From Amphiscolops sp. MND2022 (lineage: Eukaryota): DNA of 64,000 nucleotides. Shown here one piece after another: positions 1-12,917 of this stretch (positions are counted from its first letter, which is position 1; each line of letters starts with the position of its first letter). Position numbers and translations under genes: made by a program. The stretch spans positions 51,088,001 to 51,152,000 of the forward strand of contig OZ076420.1 in assembly GCA_964187785.1 (NCBI GenBank). Direction: 5' to 3'. The notes under the pieces are model-generated. The model saw only the letters and a list, made by a program, of their open reading frames with translations, was not told the origin of the DNA and searched no databases.

Positions 1-59
1 GCAAAATACTTTTAACGTTTGGAATTATTCGCTTTTGGACTTCATAAAATAGACCGTAC

Positions 60-1788
60 AAAAACGCCTGAAACTGTCAACAAAAGAAATAGCAAAATTG
101 ACCGATCAAGGAAGTTGTGGGCATCGGCGCTAACACCTCAGAGAAAACTAGCTCAGTTTTTCAGATTTTCGAGGCTGCGGGTTGTTGTAGACTGGAGTTT
201 TGTGGGACTTGGAAATTTGACAAACTTCACACACACACACACACACATGTTTTTTCAAAACTTGAACCCTGGAGTTTCATCGCGTTGATGCCACAAAAGA
301 CTGTTCGTATTCTCCCCCCAAGTACCACAAAATTCAGGGAATTTAGCTTCCAAAAGAAAAAGGTTTTCGTTTTTGATAATTGGAAAAGTTATTCCATTAG
401 GAACTGCCATTTTTGACTCTTTTCCAATTTCAACTTTCATCCCTTTTTGGCTTAGTTTGCTCACGTTGATCAAGTTCTGAGCATGATCAGAAAGAAGAAG
501 CCAATTTGAAAACGTTACAAAATGTTCCTTTCCCTCAGTGTCCAAAAGGCAAGCGCAAACATTGCCAATCCTTTCGACTTTGGAAAAATGAATATTTGCA
601 TTTTTGGCCCAGCGTTCAACTGTGTCAGAAACGCCGGAAGAACGAACCCGATCAATGAACATATGTTATAAAGCCTGGAATCTACAACAAAAGTTCCATT
701 TTGAACTCCGTTTTCAAATCTGGAAAACAAACACTCTTCAGAAAAATTAGAATATCCCACAGTTGAGGTGTTTCCTTTTTGTTTAGATGAGGAAACTTTT
801 TGAAACAATGGTTTTCACCGTGACCAAAAAGTTTGTAAAAAGTGCACTGCGTAACCTTGCAGTCAGCTTGTTTATGTCCTGTTTTGCTACACCGCCTACA
901 TTTTCCCAAAAACGTTTCGCTGAAAAATTTTTTAACAAATGTTTTGCTTTTGCCACTGTTGGAAAACAATGCGACATTTCAGATGTGCTGGATGTCGATG
1001 CCCCAGAACAGTTTCTTGAGTTTTCGAAAATAAAACGCCTTTTTACTTCGTCGAACGTCGCCTAATCCTTCGAAAAGTCATAGTCATGGACGGTTTTAAA
1101 ACAGTCGTACTCTTGCGGCAAACCCTTCGGTACGATTGACGTTAACAAATTTTCGCTAACTTTCCCCCCGCTAACTCTAACTGCTTACTCACATACTCTG
1201 CTCGCGTCAGGTAGTCCACTATCCCCTCGCTAGGTTCCAGTCGCAGAGTGGTGAACTTCTCCAACAAGGCGTCTCCGTGCTGTTGAAGTGGTTGCGCAGC
1301 ATCTCCCACGCTTTCTGTCCGTCTCCCTTGCAGTCCTTGGTCAGCATCAGCACGCTTCGGCGATCCAGACACTGGACGAGGTAGGTCCAGAGTTTGTACT
1401 TCTCCTCGTTTGTCCCAGCCTCGCCTCCAGTCAGCATTTTGACCAGCTTGGCTATCCTCGTGAAGCAAAATCCTCGAAACGCTCCTGCCAGACTGCAGAT
1501 GTGACAGCGGGTTGTCCATCCGTCACAACTCGCAAAGAAAGCCCGAATCAGGCGCAAAGTAACTAAACAAAAGTGTAGAACGGCAGAAAGATTGAAAACT
1601 TTGAGCTGTTAGGAGTGCGAGTAAGCGCAAAATAAACGACTGGCAAAAAATTTTTCTCGGGCGCGCTTGTCGAATTTGCGAATTCAAAAAATTCGATCTT
1701 TCGAAGGACGAAGTGAATGGTAAAGACAAAAATTGGCAAAGTTTAGTTGGTTCTTGCAATCTCACCGAGTACTGAGTCCACAACCTAT
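60..1788 (-). mobile_element. Ty1/copia LTR retrotransposon, degenerate 5' internal region (gag, zinc knuckles, protease, GAG-pre-integrase)
   Basis: Broken minus-strand ORFs: copia Gag N-terminus (KYKLWTYLVQCLDRRSVLML..GDGQKAWEMLRNHF; LLEKFTTLRLEPSEGIVDYLTRAE), CCHC knuckles (CRRCSKTGHKQADC), copia protease-like segment (WLLLSDHAQNLINVSKLSQKG) and LLWHQR. Several frameshifts; a (CA)n tract at about 228-247. Confidence 0.85.
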
Positions 1789-1981
1789 TGTGAGGATCTG
1801 TGAAGTCGTCGTGAAGACGTCGTTAGTTGAAGAAAGTCTTGGCGGTAGGATTTAAATGAAACTATTCTTGGTTACATAGTGACTGATATTTAGTAACTTT
1901 TGCAGATACATACTCAGTTTATCTGAAGTTTGACTTTATGATGACGTAATGGTCTTCAGCGACCTCTAACTGTTGTTCACA
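1789..1981 (-). repeat. 5' LTR of the copia element (193 bp)
   Basis: TGTGA...TCACA terminal inverted repeat. On the minus strand it is followed by ATAGGTTGTGGACTCAG, which resembles the animal copia PBS (AGGTTATGGGCCCAG type). A partial related copy lies at 13465-13564. Confidence 0.75.
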
Positions 1982-3830
1982 AAATCAGACGTGAAAGATT
2001 GAACTCCCCCCTAAAGTTCAAAGTCTTAGGGTTGGAAGATGTATCCTTTGTCAGTCAAACAAACGTACTTAGACGTTTTCAATTCCTCTGCATCCTCCGC
2101 TGCTGTGCCTGGGTTGGCAACAGACCCGTTTTCTATTCTGCTGGGGGCGAGATCGACACCAGTAACAGCCCAAACTAAATGCTTGCCTTCCTCCCAGGGC
2201 GGTAGGGTACTTTCATCTGGGCGCTTTCCGTCTGTTCTCTTCAGACAATATGGTTATAAAATTTTGGAACCTTCGATCGAACTCAGCGCCTGTTTTACGA
2301 GAGTATTGAGTGTTGTGGTGCCTCGAGAATCGTTCCACGCTTCTGGCTCAGGAAAAACCATGAAGTCCGTTCTCTTCGACAAGTTTACCACAACGGCAAC
2401 TATGTTTCTCTCAAACTTTTGCACCAACGCGGAGGGATAACGAGATGCGCAGTTGCTGATATGTTAACATCAGACCAAAATGTTTGCTTGGTGTAATATT
2501 CAGCCAAGCTGAACCAAAAGTAGCATCTCTCAAAGGTGTCGTCCAATGTTTTTGGATGAAGTCGGACGGGGCTTCTGATAAGTTCGCCCTCGTCAGCCAC
2601 AAATTCAATGCCTTTTCAAACGATGAATCAACATAGTCTTATAGGAGGATACACAACAGAGCGCATTTAGCGCCTGTTGTTGAAGTTGAAAAAGCAGGTA
2701 GAGCAATCTGGGAAGCCGATACAATGCCTATATCCCCTTTGGATACTGGGCGAATCGCCTGAGTATAGCTGCTTCCATCGAAATTCACATTGCCGATTTT
2801 GAATAATGGAATCTGCGAATAATGGAATCAGACTGCTGAAGGAGGTCCAACTCTTCAAAGCAACGGCAGGTACGAAAAAAGTAAAGTAGTTTAGGTAGAC
2901 TGAAGCAGTTTGTCAACAGGTACAACCTATAGTGGGCGTTTAATTCCGAAATATTTCCAAGTTCTCACGATCCTCTACTTTAATAATCAGGTAACATTTA
3001 GTTTTTTTGAGTGGAAACACAGACTCGGCGCTAGCAATGATTCGTTTGAGGTTCTCAAGTACCGTCCGATAGTCATGCGAAATATTCCCGTCGTGGAGCA
3101 ACCAAGCGTTATACAGTGAAACCATATGGCCAATGAGGTCTTGAAAAGTGTCGGAGAAGAGAGCTGGGCCTTGGGGTTGCACTTGCTGACAGCCCTCTTG
3201 CGATTGAACATTTTTCTCTCCGAAGAAAAGACGAGAGGTTTCGCTATATGCAGAATGCGTATAATTGTAAACCTGGCGAAGTTTTCGACAAACGGTGTCT
3301 AAGATTTTGTCACGTTTCAGCGAGTTCAAACATTTTTGAAGTCTATCATCAGAATAACGTTTTCAGGATTCTGTTCGTTCTCAATGAGGTTTAGTAAAAC
3401 ATCTGCTGCGATTTCAGCTCCACGACTTGTTCGCACCCGAACTGCATACCATGGAAAGCGATTCGTCGTTGGTCAGTCGCAAAGGAGTTCGCCGAGTTCG
3501 AGCATATTCGACGCAGGGTACTTCTAACAGCATTTGGTCGAATTCCGCTATCTTTTTTCCGAAGAACGATATCTTTGGCACCAAAAAAAAGGGTCACAAA
3601 CCTACAGGGATTTTGCTCTCGAAGTCAATATCTAGTACGCTTGTTGGCTTCTGGGGGAACTCGTTACGTATGGACCCGTTGCTCTTCGCGATAAGGTCTT
3701 TGTACAACTGGGGCACAAGTATGCTTGGTCCACCCGATGTCCGAGAGAGGAAGGAGTTGATTGCCTTCGCTACTATGTGTTCAAACGTAACTAAGCTATC
3801 ATCGACAACTTGCTGGGCATAAATTGGAAA
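1982..3830 (-). mobile_element. CRE/R2-group non-LTR retrotransposon, decayed RT plus restriction-like endonuclease
   Basis: Minus-strand fragments match CRE-type RT order: AINSFLSRTSGGP, FFGAKDIVLRKKDSGIRPNAVRSTLRR, NSLKRDKIL..YNYTHSAYSETSRLFFG, QEGCQQVQPQGPALFS (QQGDPLGP), AWLLHDG (WYLDDG), LPKLLYFFRTC, GDIGIVSASQIALPAF. These are followed by GSAWLN..LRISLSLRVG, HSCRCG..GLHGFS..RFSRHH (CCHC) and an RLE remnant. Many stops and frameshifts. Confidence 0.8.
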
Positions 3831-3840
3831 CTCGAGGGGG

Positions 3841-4720
3841 ATGATTTGACTGAAGTTTTAGTAAGTGTTGTTGTCAGAGGAGGCTACTGTGTCGTCAGAC
3901 GTTATCTGAAGTAGTCGTAGTTGAGCAACTCCACCTAGACATAAAACGCAGGAGTGCGGTTATACATGCCTGGGTTATGATATCAGGGACGATCTCCAGA
4001 TGCACTGCCTTACTGACAAAGCAGGCAAATTGAGCTTAATATGCCTTAGTGAATTCTTCATAGAAACAAAACGAGTTGGAAGGCCTTGGAGTGAGTCATT
4101 ATTTTTGATTTAGCCAAATCCCCCATCAAGGGTTTTTCAGGGTTTGAATTAAATCTACAACAGTGAAACAATTCAAGGTAACTTTTTCGTACTTGGTTGC
4201 GACATGTTGGTATCGAGTACGAATATCGGCATAAGTTACGCCATGCGAGGTTTTCAAATGGGCTTCATGAATTACCAATCTTGCTAATTCTTTTTTTTCG
4301 GAGCTATCTGGGGACACAAGGCCTCGTCAGGCACTCCAGCATTAGCACATCGACCGCCTACATGCAATTTGTCATTATGGATTTATTTTTTACTTTTTGT
4401 TCGTAGATTTAATTCAAACCCTGAAAAACCCTCGATGGGGGATTTGGCTAAATCAAAAATAACGACTCAATCCAAGGCCTTCCAACTCGTTTTGTTTCTA
4501 TGAAGAATTCACTGAGGCATATTTAGCTCTATTTGTCTGCTTTGTCAGTAAGGCAGTGCATCTGGAGATCGTCACTGATATCATAACCCAGGCATGTATC
4601 GCCGCACTCCTGCGTTTTATGTCTAGGTGGAGTTGCTCCACTACGACTAATTCAGATAACGTCTGAAGACACAGTAGCCTCCTCTGACAACAACACTTAC
4701 AAAAAATTCAGTCAAAACAT
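3841..4720. repeat. Inverted duplication: arms 3841-4158 and 4403-4720 (318 bp each), 244-bp spacer
   Basis: The right arm is the reverse complement of the left arm, with scattered mismatches. Both carry BEL integrase core sequence. Confidence 0.9.
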
Positions 4721-7374
4721 TCTTCTGGTTTGAATGGAACGAATGATCCATAAACCATGAGCCAATTTGGAACAACCCACCAGAATGACCAATTCTCAAG
4801 TTACGTTGGATCTGTTCCTCTGCAGGCTGGATTCTAATAAGTTCGCGCGTTCAAATTTAGAACTGTAGTAGAGTCGATTCATTCCTATTGTGATTGGACA
4901 TTTGTTGAGGCGTTCGAGTATTGAATTAACTAAATGACATCTCAAAAGGGCTGCGCAAAGTGTAAGTCTGGGTATTAATTGTGTTTTTAGAGGTGCGATT
5001 TGGCTTCTGCTGAGAGAAGAGTCGCACTCCGCCTGTCTAGCTCATCCAGAGCTACGATGGAGATGCAAGCAGAGTACCCGATCTCGGAAGCATCACAAAA
5101 AAGATGATGCAAGAATTGGTATCTGCTTGATTTTTATCACTCGAAGAGCATGTAGTTTGAACTTGCCATAACACTATACGATTCTAAATTGTCAGAGGGT
5201 AATTTGTCATCGCAGCCGAAGTTAGTCTCCAAATTAATTTGCATGATATGCTCTAAGTTCAGCGTCACTGGCGAGAGCCAGTCGAGAAGGTCATAAACTT
5301 TGATGATGTCCCTAAGGACCTTCTGTTCGGTCAATTGAACATTGTCCAACTGTTGATCTAACTGCCGAATTCTGAAACTGAAGTAACATAGAATCTGAAG
5401 CGCACAAGAATATTGAAGAGGTCATTTTGTAACTTCTGACCATTTAGCAGATAGTCATTCAGAAAATGATCACATGTTGTCCTTGCATTCGCATTAAAAA
5501 AGACTCTCAATTGTTATGTTGTGCTTCTGGTTTATGAACACAATGCTGAGTGAGAAAAAAGCAATTAGGATTGTCTAATTCTTCTTCGGGAACCTGCTCC
5601 ATGTGGCCAAGAGCAATGAGCTTCTGTATGAATTCATTGTATACTTTTTTGGGTTCAGGATAGGCATTTAACTTAGGCTCGAGTCTAAAGAAACAATTCA
5701 AAGCCCCTGCTCTGCTGCTTAGTGTAATTTGGTATCAATTAACCGAAACAGAAGTTGGACAAAAAACCTGCCACCTGGCTTCGGAATGGTTGTGTCAATG
5801 AAGTATTTCTCTCACGCTGCTTCTTCTGCAGCCAAATTTGTCATGATTGATACGTTCCCAGATCCCAATACAAGGATAGGAGATCATCAGGGGTCTCCGA
5901 GGGAACTACGGAATTGTTGCTACTAATGGTATAGTACAACGGGTTGCTCACTTTTTGATGGCACTGTGTACTACCAACCCAAAAAGTGATCCTCGATTTA
6001 CAACTCCATTACCTCGGTATCAATTTTTGAAGAAAATCACTTCGAGGAGGTCAGCACAAAATTGAAGTTCATTTTACCCGGCTTGTTGAAAGTTGGATAT
6101 GCTAAAGTGTTTTTCATATTCATATTTCAATTGGGAAATGTCAATATGTTTCACTGGCAAAAAATCTGAATTTTTAGGAATCATGTGCGCTTCATCTTAC
6201 ATTTCGCGCATTTGGAACTTGAAGTGCATGCACCAACTTCACGACTTGAATGAAGACAGTGGAAACAAATTTGTTTATATCGTTCGTATTTCTGTCGATC
6301 CGTGGCAGTCATTTTGAGAAACAATGGGCAAGATGACAATTTACGATTTGATTGACAGATATCACCATATACACTGACAATGGTGTGAGAGTGAATGGCT
6401 TTTGAGAGTGGCTGTTGAATCGATTGGTTTTTCGCGGGAGTCATTTTTTTGTGGGTTCTTTAACAGCACCCTATTCAAGTCTACGACATCATGTTCCCCA
6501 AAATTTGGCAAATCTTCTCCTTTGAGTAAAAAGTTCCCAGATAAGCCAACTGCCATTGCTTTCGAGATTCACTATCAAGCCTTTCGATGATCCAAATGAG
6601 TAAATGGGTTCAATCAATTCGGCTAAAGCTCTCAAATGTTCGTTAGTGGTTTTCCAGAAGTTTCGGAAATCAACGGCACATTCACTTTGCATATGTCCAA
6701 AAGACTTTGAGATGGGCTTGGAATATGCAACGCTTGTTTTCATAGCGTTCATGAAGTATTTTGGTGTATCTTGCATAGCATCCGTTATTGTATCAAATCC
6801 CATCAGCTTGGCAGCATCGACACCAAAGCAGACGTTTAAATGGATCAACTTCTCAGTTTTCAGAACCACTCAAACGATTATTGTCATCAAATGATGCTTT
6901 GAACAGATCAAAGAATGACATCCATTCAATAACCAACTCAGTTAATTTGGGTTATTGAATTTTAGGCAATCTCAATTTGCTGGTAGAAATTGAGTTTAAA
7001 AAAGCAATCTTTTTAAAGTTGGCTAAAAATGTTTCGCAACAAGCGATAGCGGCGCTCACTTTTTCATCAAGCAACAAGTTGATTTCAAATTTGGCAGCTA
7101 ATTTTTTTGTTTCTCGCCACAATAAGCAATTCAGTTTCAGCATCATAGCGATGTACAATTTGCGATATATATTCAAGGTCGAGAGAAAGTCTTCAGCCTG
7201 AAAAGGGTGAACCTTATTAATGATAGGCCGGCCTAATGTGAGAATAATCTTTGGGTCTAACTTTGTGAAAGCACCATTGTGCGCAGCAATTATTCTAACT
7301 AATTTCCGCATATCCTGTCTGAGATCAATTTTGCGGGATGCTTCACTGAGAGTTAATGCAGTTTCATTGCTCAT
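3841..7374 (-). mobile_element. BEL/Pao LTR retrotransposon, decayed gag-pol
   Basis: Minus strand: Gag start (6952-7374), CX2C knuckles (CFHCLHSSREVGAC..CAKC), RT (YNEFIQKLIALGHMEQV..FLTQHCVHKP), Pao segment (QKVLRDIIKVYDLLDWLSPV), RNase H end (NPACRG..FWWVVPNWL), LHVGGRCANA, integrase HH (LVIHEAHLKTSHG) and core (LFVCFVSKAVHLEIVTD..RF.SR....SDN). Confidence 0.85.
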
Positions 7375-7629
7375 TTCAGAAACTACGGATTGAGATAAAA
7401 CTTTCAGTACCCAGAAACGTATCTCTACAGTAGTTTTGAAGAGCCTATTAGGGATAAACTAGCACCAATCGAGTGAATGGATACTCACGAAGACGCCTAA
7501 TAAAATCTGTCCTAGAAGTGAAAAGTATCCACCGTACCTCCAACTTTCAAAATAGACTGCAAATCTGATTTTTGAAACTACAGACAAGTATCACTCCTAA
7601 CAATTGCTTCAAAACTTCTCGAAAGATGT

Positions 7630-8898
7630 TTTTAATTGGATCTTTATAAACACTTCGAACCGATATTAAGTCATTTCCAATTCGGATTCAGAAAACAACG
7701 TTTTTGTGATCTCCAGTTTCAGGTTCCCCTCGAGACTATCTATAAATCACTGGAGGAAGGTAAACAAGTCAATATGGTATATACAGACTACGAGAAAGCA
7801 TTCGCTCATGTTGATCACGGCCTACTGTTGCGGAAACTCCACGAAAATGGTGTTCGAGGAAAACTGCTTAATCGTAATCCTGAAATCATATCTAACCAAT
7901 CGTAAACAACGTGTCAGAGTCAACAGTCACTATTCAGATTACGTCAACGTAACAACTGGTGTCCCCCAAGGCTCTATTCTCTCCAGTCTACCCTTCCTAA
8001 TATATATTCAAGATTTGCCTGGAAACTGTCACAATTTTATTCCTCTACTAAATGCCGACGATGCAAAACTTTTACACATTGGAGCACCTGGTCTTAAATT
8101 TCAACTTGATCTTTCTCGAAATACCAAATGGAGTGAAATCCAAAAATTATACTCTAACCTTGACAAGTGCTCACACATGTCAATCCCACCAGAGGATAAT
8201 CTTCTATACGTTCAGGTCAATAAATTAAAAGGAAATCGCTTCAGAAAGATCTTGGTGTAGTAATATCTGACTATCTTAAATGGTAAGAACACACTGAAAA
8301 AGCAGTTACTAAAGCAAAAAATGATCTCTGAATGGCCAATAGAAGCTCACCAATGTTATCTCCTACAACTAAGCTATTTATTCACAAATCCATGATAGTG
8401 CCCATTTTGATCTACGGCTGTAACGTATCGTACCCGAAGATTCAATTTTGCAAACCTCTTGAAAAAAAGCCAAAAAGAAAGTTTGAGATGGATCGATGGA
8501 GACTGAAATTATCTGAATATTTTGTAAATTTTCCCTCTTACACTTTACTTCCAACTCCAAGATCTACTGAGGGACTCACTCTGATCGATTGCTGAGATCG
8601 AATGACTGGTTTAGATGTGATAACAAGAAACCAAAGAAAAAAGTATGTCGCGACAGCTTCTTCTACAGGACTGGTGCACTCATAAACAGCCTTCCGAAAT
8701 CAGTCATTTCCAAAAAACCCTGAAGGACTAAAACAACGACTCCTGGGCTACTTTTGGTGTTATTGCAATGAATACAATGAGGTTGTGAGTAACATGTGGA
8801 GAATCTGACCAACTGCGACAAACATTGAAGGGGAGGAAAGCCCTGGCCGTGATGGCCGAGTTCATACTACCTACCTACCTACCTACCTACCTACCTAC
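7630..8898 (+). mobile_element. 5'-truncated CR1/L2-like LINE RT fragment with (CTAC)n tail
   Basis: QFGFRK, YTDYEKAFAHVDH, SYLTNRKQRVRVN, GVPQGSILS, LNADDAK; frameshifted; ends in about 8 CTAC units at 8867-8898. Confidence 0.85.
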
Positions 8899-9466
8899 TT
8901 ACCTTCCTAACAGATGAGACGCGCTACATTTCAAAGAGCTACTCTTTGGAAGCAAAATTTTCAAAAACGTCGAATCACAGTAGAAAGTTATTTCATAAAC
9001 AATTTTCGTCAGTTACTTTTGACACACAACCAGTCGTTTGAATCTGATGTCTCATCCGAACTTTGTAGAAGAATCGGTTTCAAGAAAATGTCTAAACAGT
9101 TTTCCCATGACAAGTGTCTTTTCCAATGTTTTCGCTTTTTTTCTTGAAGATTTGTATTGATCAGTTTTTCAATTTAGTACGTTGAAAACGGTTCGAAATT
9201 CTGAATGACGATAGAAACTCAATGGTACCGTTTAGTTGAAAATCAGCTCTGATGGGTAATAATTTTAACAGGTAAAAAGCCTAAACTTAATTAGCAAATT
9301 TTGTAAGACAAACTGGTAACGACTGAACTTTTTTTTCTTTTTCTGACCCCAACGTGTGGTTTGAAAGTCTCCGTAAATACATGTCAATTTCAGGACATTT
9401 GCTATTAATATTTCCAAAATTGAAGGTCTGTTAGTCATAGCCTCAGAAATTGTGAGTGTTCATGAC

Positions 9467-9628
9467 TGTCGTGGGGAAAACACTACTCGCAGGAAGTTTC
9501 TATTTGATAAACATTCATTTGAATCAAACATACAGAAATTAGGTTAATACAAATAACACAACGACCTTATATAATAGTATTAATATCTACATATATAAAA
9601 TATATGTAATATATGTACATTCATAACA
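9467..9628 (-). repeat. 3' LTR of an internally deleted Gypsy element
   Basis: Minus strand reads TGTTATGA...CACGACA and is preceded by the purine tract GCGGGAAGGAG (PPT). A diverged partial copy lies at 12918-12990. Confidence 0.75.
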
Positions 9629-10918
9629 CTCCTTCCCGCTTCGAAAGTCTCTAGTTATTAGCCAACACAAAGTAGCCCAGGTATGTAGGCGGTTTCCTGT
9701 TCCTTGCCGAGCGTCGCAAGGTTGGAGTAGGAGAGTCCGGACTGATTTGATATTCCTTTACTGGTTCCACCGATTTAGGTGGCTCATTTTCGGTTCCGAT
9801 TGGTCTCCTTGTCTTTGTATTTATTGACCACCAGGTTGCGAGATCGTTTCTTCATTGTCAACATCCGGCGGTTGTCGAGAGAGGTCACCGGTTGAAACCG
9901 TGTCAACTTGCCCATCGCCAAAGGAGACCCGTGCAAGGTGAGAGGAGATGACTTCGGATATCTGTACAGGCACAACTGGAGCTTGGTCTTTCGCCTTTAC
10001 AAATTTCCGGAGGTACGCGGTAGTGTCTGCTCTGAGCCAAAGCGCGCTACTGGAGGGACTTGTCGCGTTTGAAACAAAAGTAGCGATCATGGGGACTCTC
10101 CTTGGTGACCGTATTTATAAGTGTCCGAATTGATGAGAGCGCTGATGGTACGACACATTCCCAGTCGGGGAGTGGGTGGTTTGTGGAGTGTAGCATGCAC
10201 TGAACGACCTTCCACACAATTCCGTTTTAACGCTCGTTTCGGCCATTGCTCTGAGGGTGGTAGGCGCCACGAGGGTGGAGCGCGGACGAGGCTTGTTCGA
10301 AACCTGTTGGGCAGCGGAGATGCCAGTTCGATCAGGTTGCCGTCGAGTTGTCTGGGAGAACTGCTTGGTTGCGGATACAGTTGAAGATTCAACGCGTCTG
10401 AAAGGTTTGAAAAGGTCACTGGATAGTTCGATAGCACATGCAAGTGGTTTGCAGCTATCGATATCGACCTTGCAGTCTTCCAGTTCCAATAGTCTGGCCC
10501 GAATGTCGTCAGACCTGAGTCCCGATATTAGGGTGTCTCGTACTAGAAAATCTTTATGTGCTTGGACGGTCAAGCTCGTGCATTCGCAGTCGTCAACAAG
10601 ACGTTTCAGCCTTCCAGAAAATAGTACGATGGATTCGTCGTCCTTTTGACTGGCACTGAGGATTTGATGACGTGCGAAGAGCACCCTCGTGGGCTTCAGA
10701 AACTGAATGTCCAATGTACTCAGACTACCTGCAAACGTTGCAGAACTTTCGAGGAGTGTGAAATAGTGGGAGCCGACAATCGTCCGAAGAAACAAAAGTA
10801 CTTTGTCAGCATCTTCGGTTGTGCCAGTAATACGTAAACCGTCCTCGAAACAATTCTTCCACAATTTCATTTTCTCGGGAGAAGGATTTGAAGGCAAGTT
10901 CGGTGCTTTGAACTTCAT
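9629..10918 (-). mobile_element. gag: Gypsy gag plus integrase C-terminal remnant (PR/RT/RH/IN core deleted)
   Basis: ORF 10115-10918 has Gypsy Gag motifs (RVLFARHQILSASQKDDESIVLFSGRLKRLVDDC, LVRDTLISGLRSDDIRARLLE). 9821-10090 resembles an IN C-terminus (LARVSFGDGQVDTVSTGDLS). Confidence 0.75.
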
Positions 10919-10944
10919 GGGAGATAGAATAGGAAATACAGCGC

Positions 10945-11125
10945 ATAGACAATTGCTACGAAGAAACTAAGAAAGTACCGTTGTAGCAGAATAGACAATA
11001 GCTACGAGGAACCAAAGAAAGTACTGTAGTAGCGGAATGGTCGATAGCTACGAGGAACTCAAGGAAGTACCGTAGTAACAGAATAGACAAAAGCTACGAG
11101 GAACTTAAGTGAGTACCGTAGTACC
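10945..11125. repeat. 46-bp tandem repeat x4 in the leader upstream of gag
   Basis: Units start at 10945, 10991, 11037 and 11083 (ATAGACAATAGCTACGAGGAAC..AAGTACCGTAGTA). Confidence 0.9.
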
Positions 11126-11166
11126 TTGGACAGGGAAGTCGCTTACCTGAAGACAGCTTACGTGAC

Positions 11167-12898
11167 TTAGCGCGGGCAGATGCAATGACCCCGACGGCAC
11201 TCGTGTGTTGGGGAATGACCTTGTTTGTCAATCTGGGGCCAGAAGGCTTTCCGAAGCACTCGATTCTTCAAACTGGAGCGAATTCCACTGATGGCCTTAG
11301 GCTCTAGGTGGATGTCGTCTTGTGCTTTTCGACACTGTAGATGCTTCGAGATATGCCTCTGTAAAGCCGCCGGCGATCGTTGTTGCCTTCTAGGAGTCGA
11401 TTCACTGCCTTGGTCTGTTCAAGAATGTCTAGCCGAGGAGGAACCGCGATAAAGAAGACTCTGAGTGCAACTCCTGATGCTGCTACGGCAAGGTCAGAGG
11501 TGTTCCTGGCAACAGTTTGAGTGTTGGCGGTTGGTAAGTCGTTGCCTCGGATGAAGAGCACAATTAGATCGTACCGACTTTTAGCAGATAAGAAGGGTCT
11601 CATGTCTCCAACTCGTGCACCTGGTAGGACGAGAATATTGAAGTTAGGGAACGTCAGTTTCCTTTAGAGGAACGGAATAAGATTTACGTAATAACACCTG
11701 AATCGAAAACGGGAATAAGACCTAAAGTAAAATACATTTTTCAGGAATAAGACTTAAAAAAATAGGTCTTCTTCCTACATTTTGGAAGATTACTACCTAT
11801 TAGCAAAATTAGACATAAAAACGACAAACAAGACCTAAAAAAGTGGGAATTAGACCTAAAAACGGGAATAAGACCTAAATGCGGAATGAGACCCAAGGGG
11901 AGAAGAGAACAGAATAGTCTATTCTGAAGAAGGAATAATACTGAAGTTTTTCAAAGTCTGAAACGTGATTCTGATATTTGGGAACAGGACGTTTCGGCAA
12001 AGAGGTTTCGGCAGAAAAAACTCGAGACGTTTCGGCAAATTTTTTCATGCCGAAACGTCTCATATTATCTTGGTTTTGTTTTTGGTTTTCTACAAACTGG
12101 TTAGATCCAGTTTGTAGAATCCCAGTTTGTAGAATTCTGGAATTGAAGAAAAACGATAAGATCATTAATGAAGGAATGATGCAAAGCATAAAACGTGCCT
12201 CGGATATGTCACCATTTAATCTAGTGCCCCGCGGAGCCTTGGGGACGCTTATATTCCCATCTTGCTACGCGAGGTCGAACCGGAGAAACGACGGGAACCG
12301 AGATCGCGAAGCCACCGTAGTGGGAGCTGGTCTTTGCGACGGTGAGGGCGAGCGTGCATACACCGGATATGCCCCACATTAGAAGGAGAAAGTACTAAAA
12401 ATTTGTGAGACATTTACGAAAGGTGACCTTTTTTTCTTGAATAAAACGATTTGAGATTTGACTATTTTATAAAATCAATGGGAAAAAATAATGATGAAAA
12501 ATTTGTTAATTAATGGTTTTTTTTGTGTTGATTGCCTCAATTTCATCTGCTGGAACTTTTTTTTTCACGATTTGCAATATTTTTTTATGCCTAATGGTTA
12601 TCTGTGTTGATTGCATTGATCCTCAGATTTGGAAAAAGTTTTAGCTCGAAAAGTTTTTTTCAAAATAGTTTTTTGAGTCTAATTCCGCATTTTAAGCCGT
12701 AGTTCTGTTTTTTAGGTCTTGTTCCGCATTTTAAGCTTTATTCTTGTTTTTTTTTAAGGTCCTTTTCCACTACTTTTGAGTCTTAGGTCTTATTCTTTTT
12801 GAACTTTTCGGTCTTATTCCCGGTCACCGGTTCCTTCTTTGTGAATCAGTAAAGTTCAGGTTACGAGTGGGCGAAGTCTTGAAGAGCTGATAACGCAT
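11167..12898 (-). pseudogene. SGNH/GDSL-hydrolase-like ORF split by a foldback insertion
   Basis: Joining 12898-12836 with 11667-11167 gives MRYQLFKTSPTRNLNFTDSQ-RKLTFPNFNILVLPGARVGD..DLIVLFIRGNDL..(1-nt shift)DDIHLEP. These correspond to SGNH blocks I (TDS), II (PGA), III (GND) and V (DxxH). Confidence 0.7.
11668..12835. mobile_element. Foldback/MULE-like non-autonomous element with modular TIRs
   Basis: Left arm has tandem GGAATAAGACCTAAA motifs and the right arm their inverse. Termini are AGGAACGG / CCGGTTCCT. It interrupts the SGNH ORF. Confidence 0.7.
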
Positions 12899-12917
12899 GA
12901 GGAATATCAAAGGGAAT

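Noticed and set aside
2000-2015. GGGGGGAG on the minus strand as the copia polypurine tract
   Set aside because: It lies in the CRE endonuclease coding remnant. The adjacent LTR is followed by a PBS and gag, so it is the 5' LTR.
8867-8898. (CCTA)n as a telomeric repeat
   Set aside because: It is short and sits at the 3' end of a CR1-like fragment, as a LINE tail would.
10945-11125. 46-bp repeats as CRISPR or iterons
   Set aside because: Plain tandem repeats in a Gypsy leader with no spacers.
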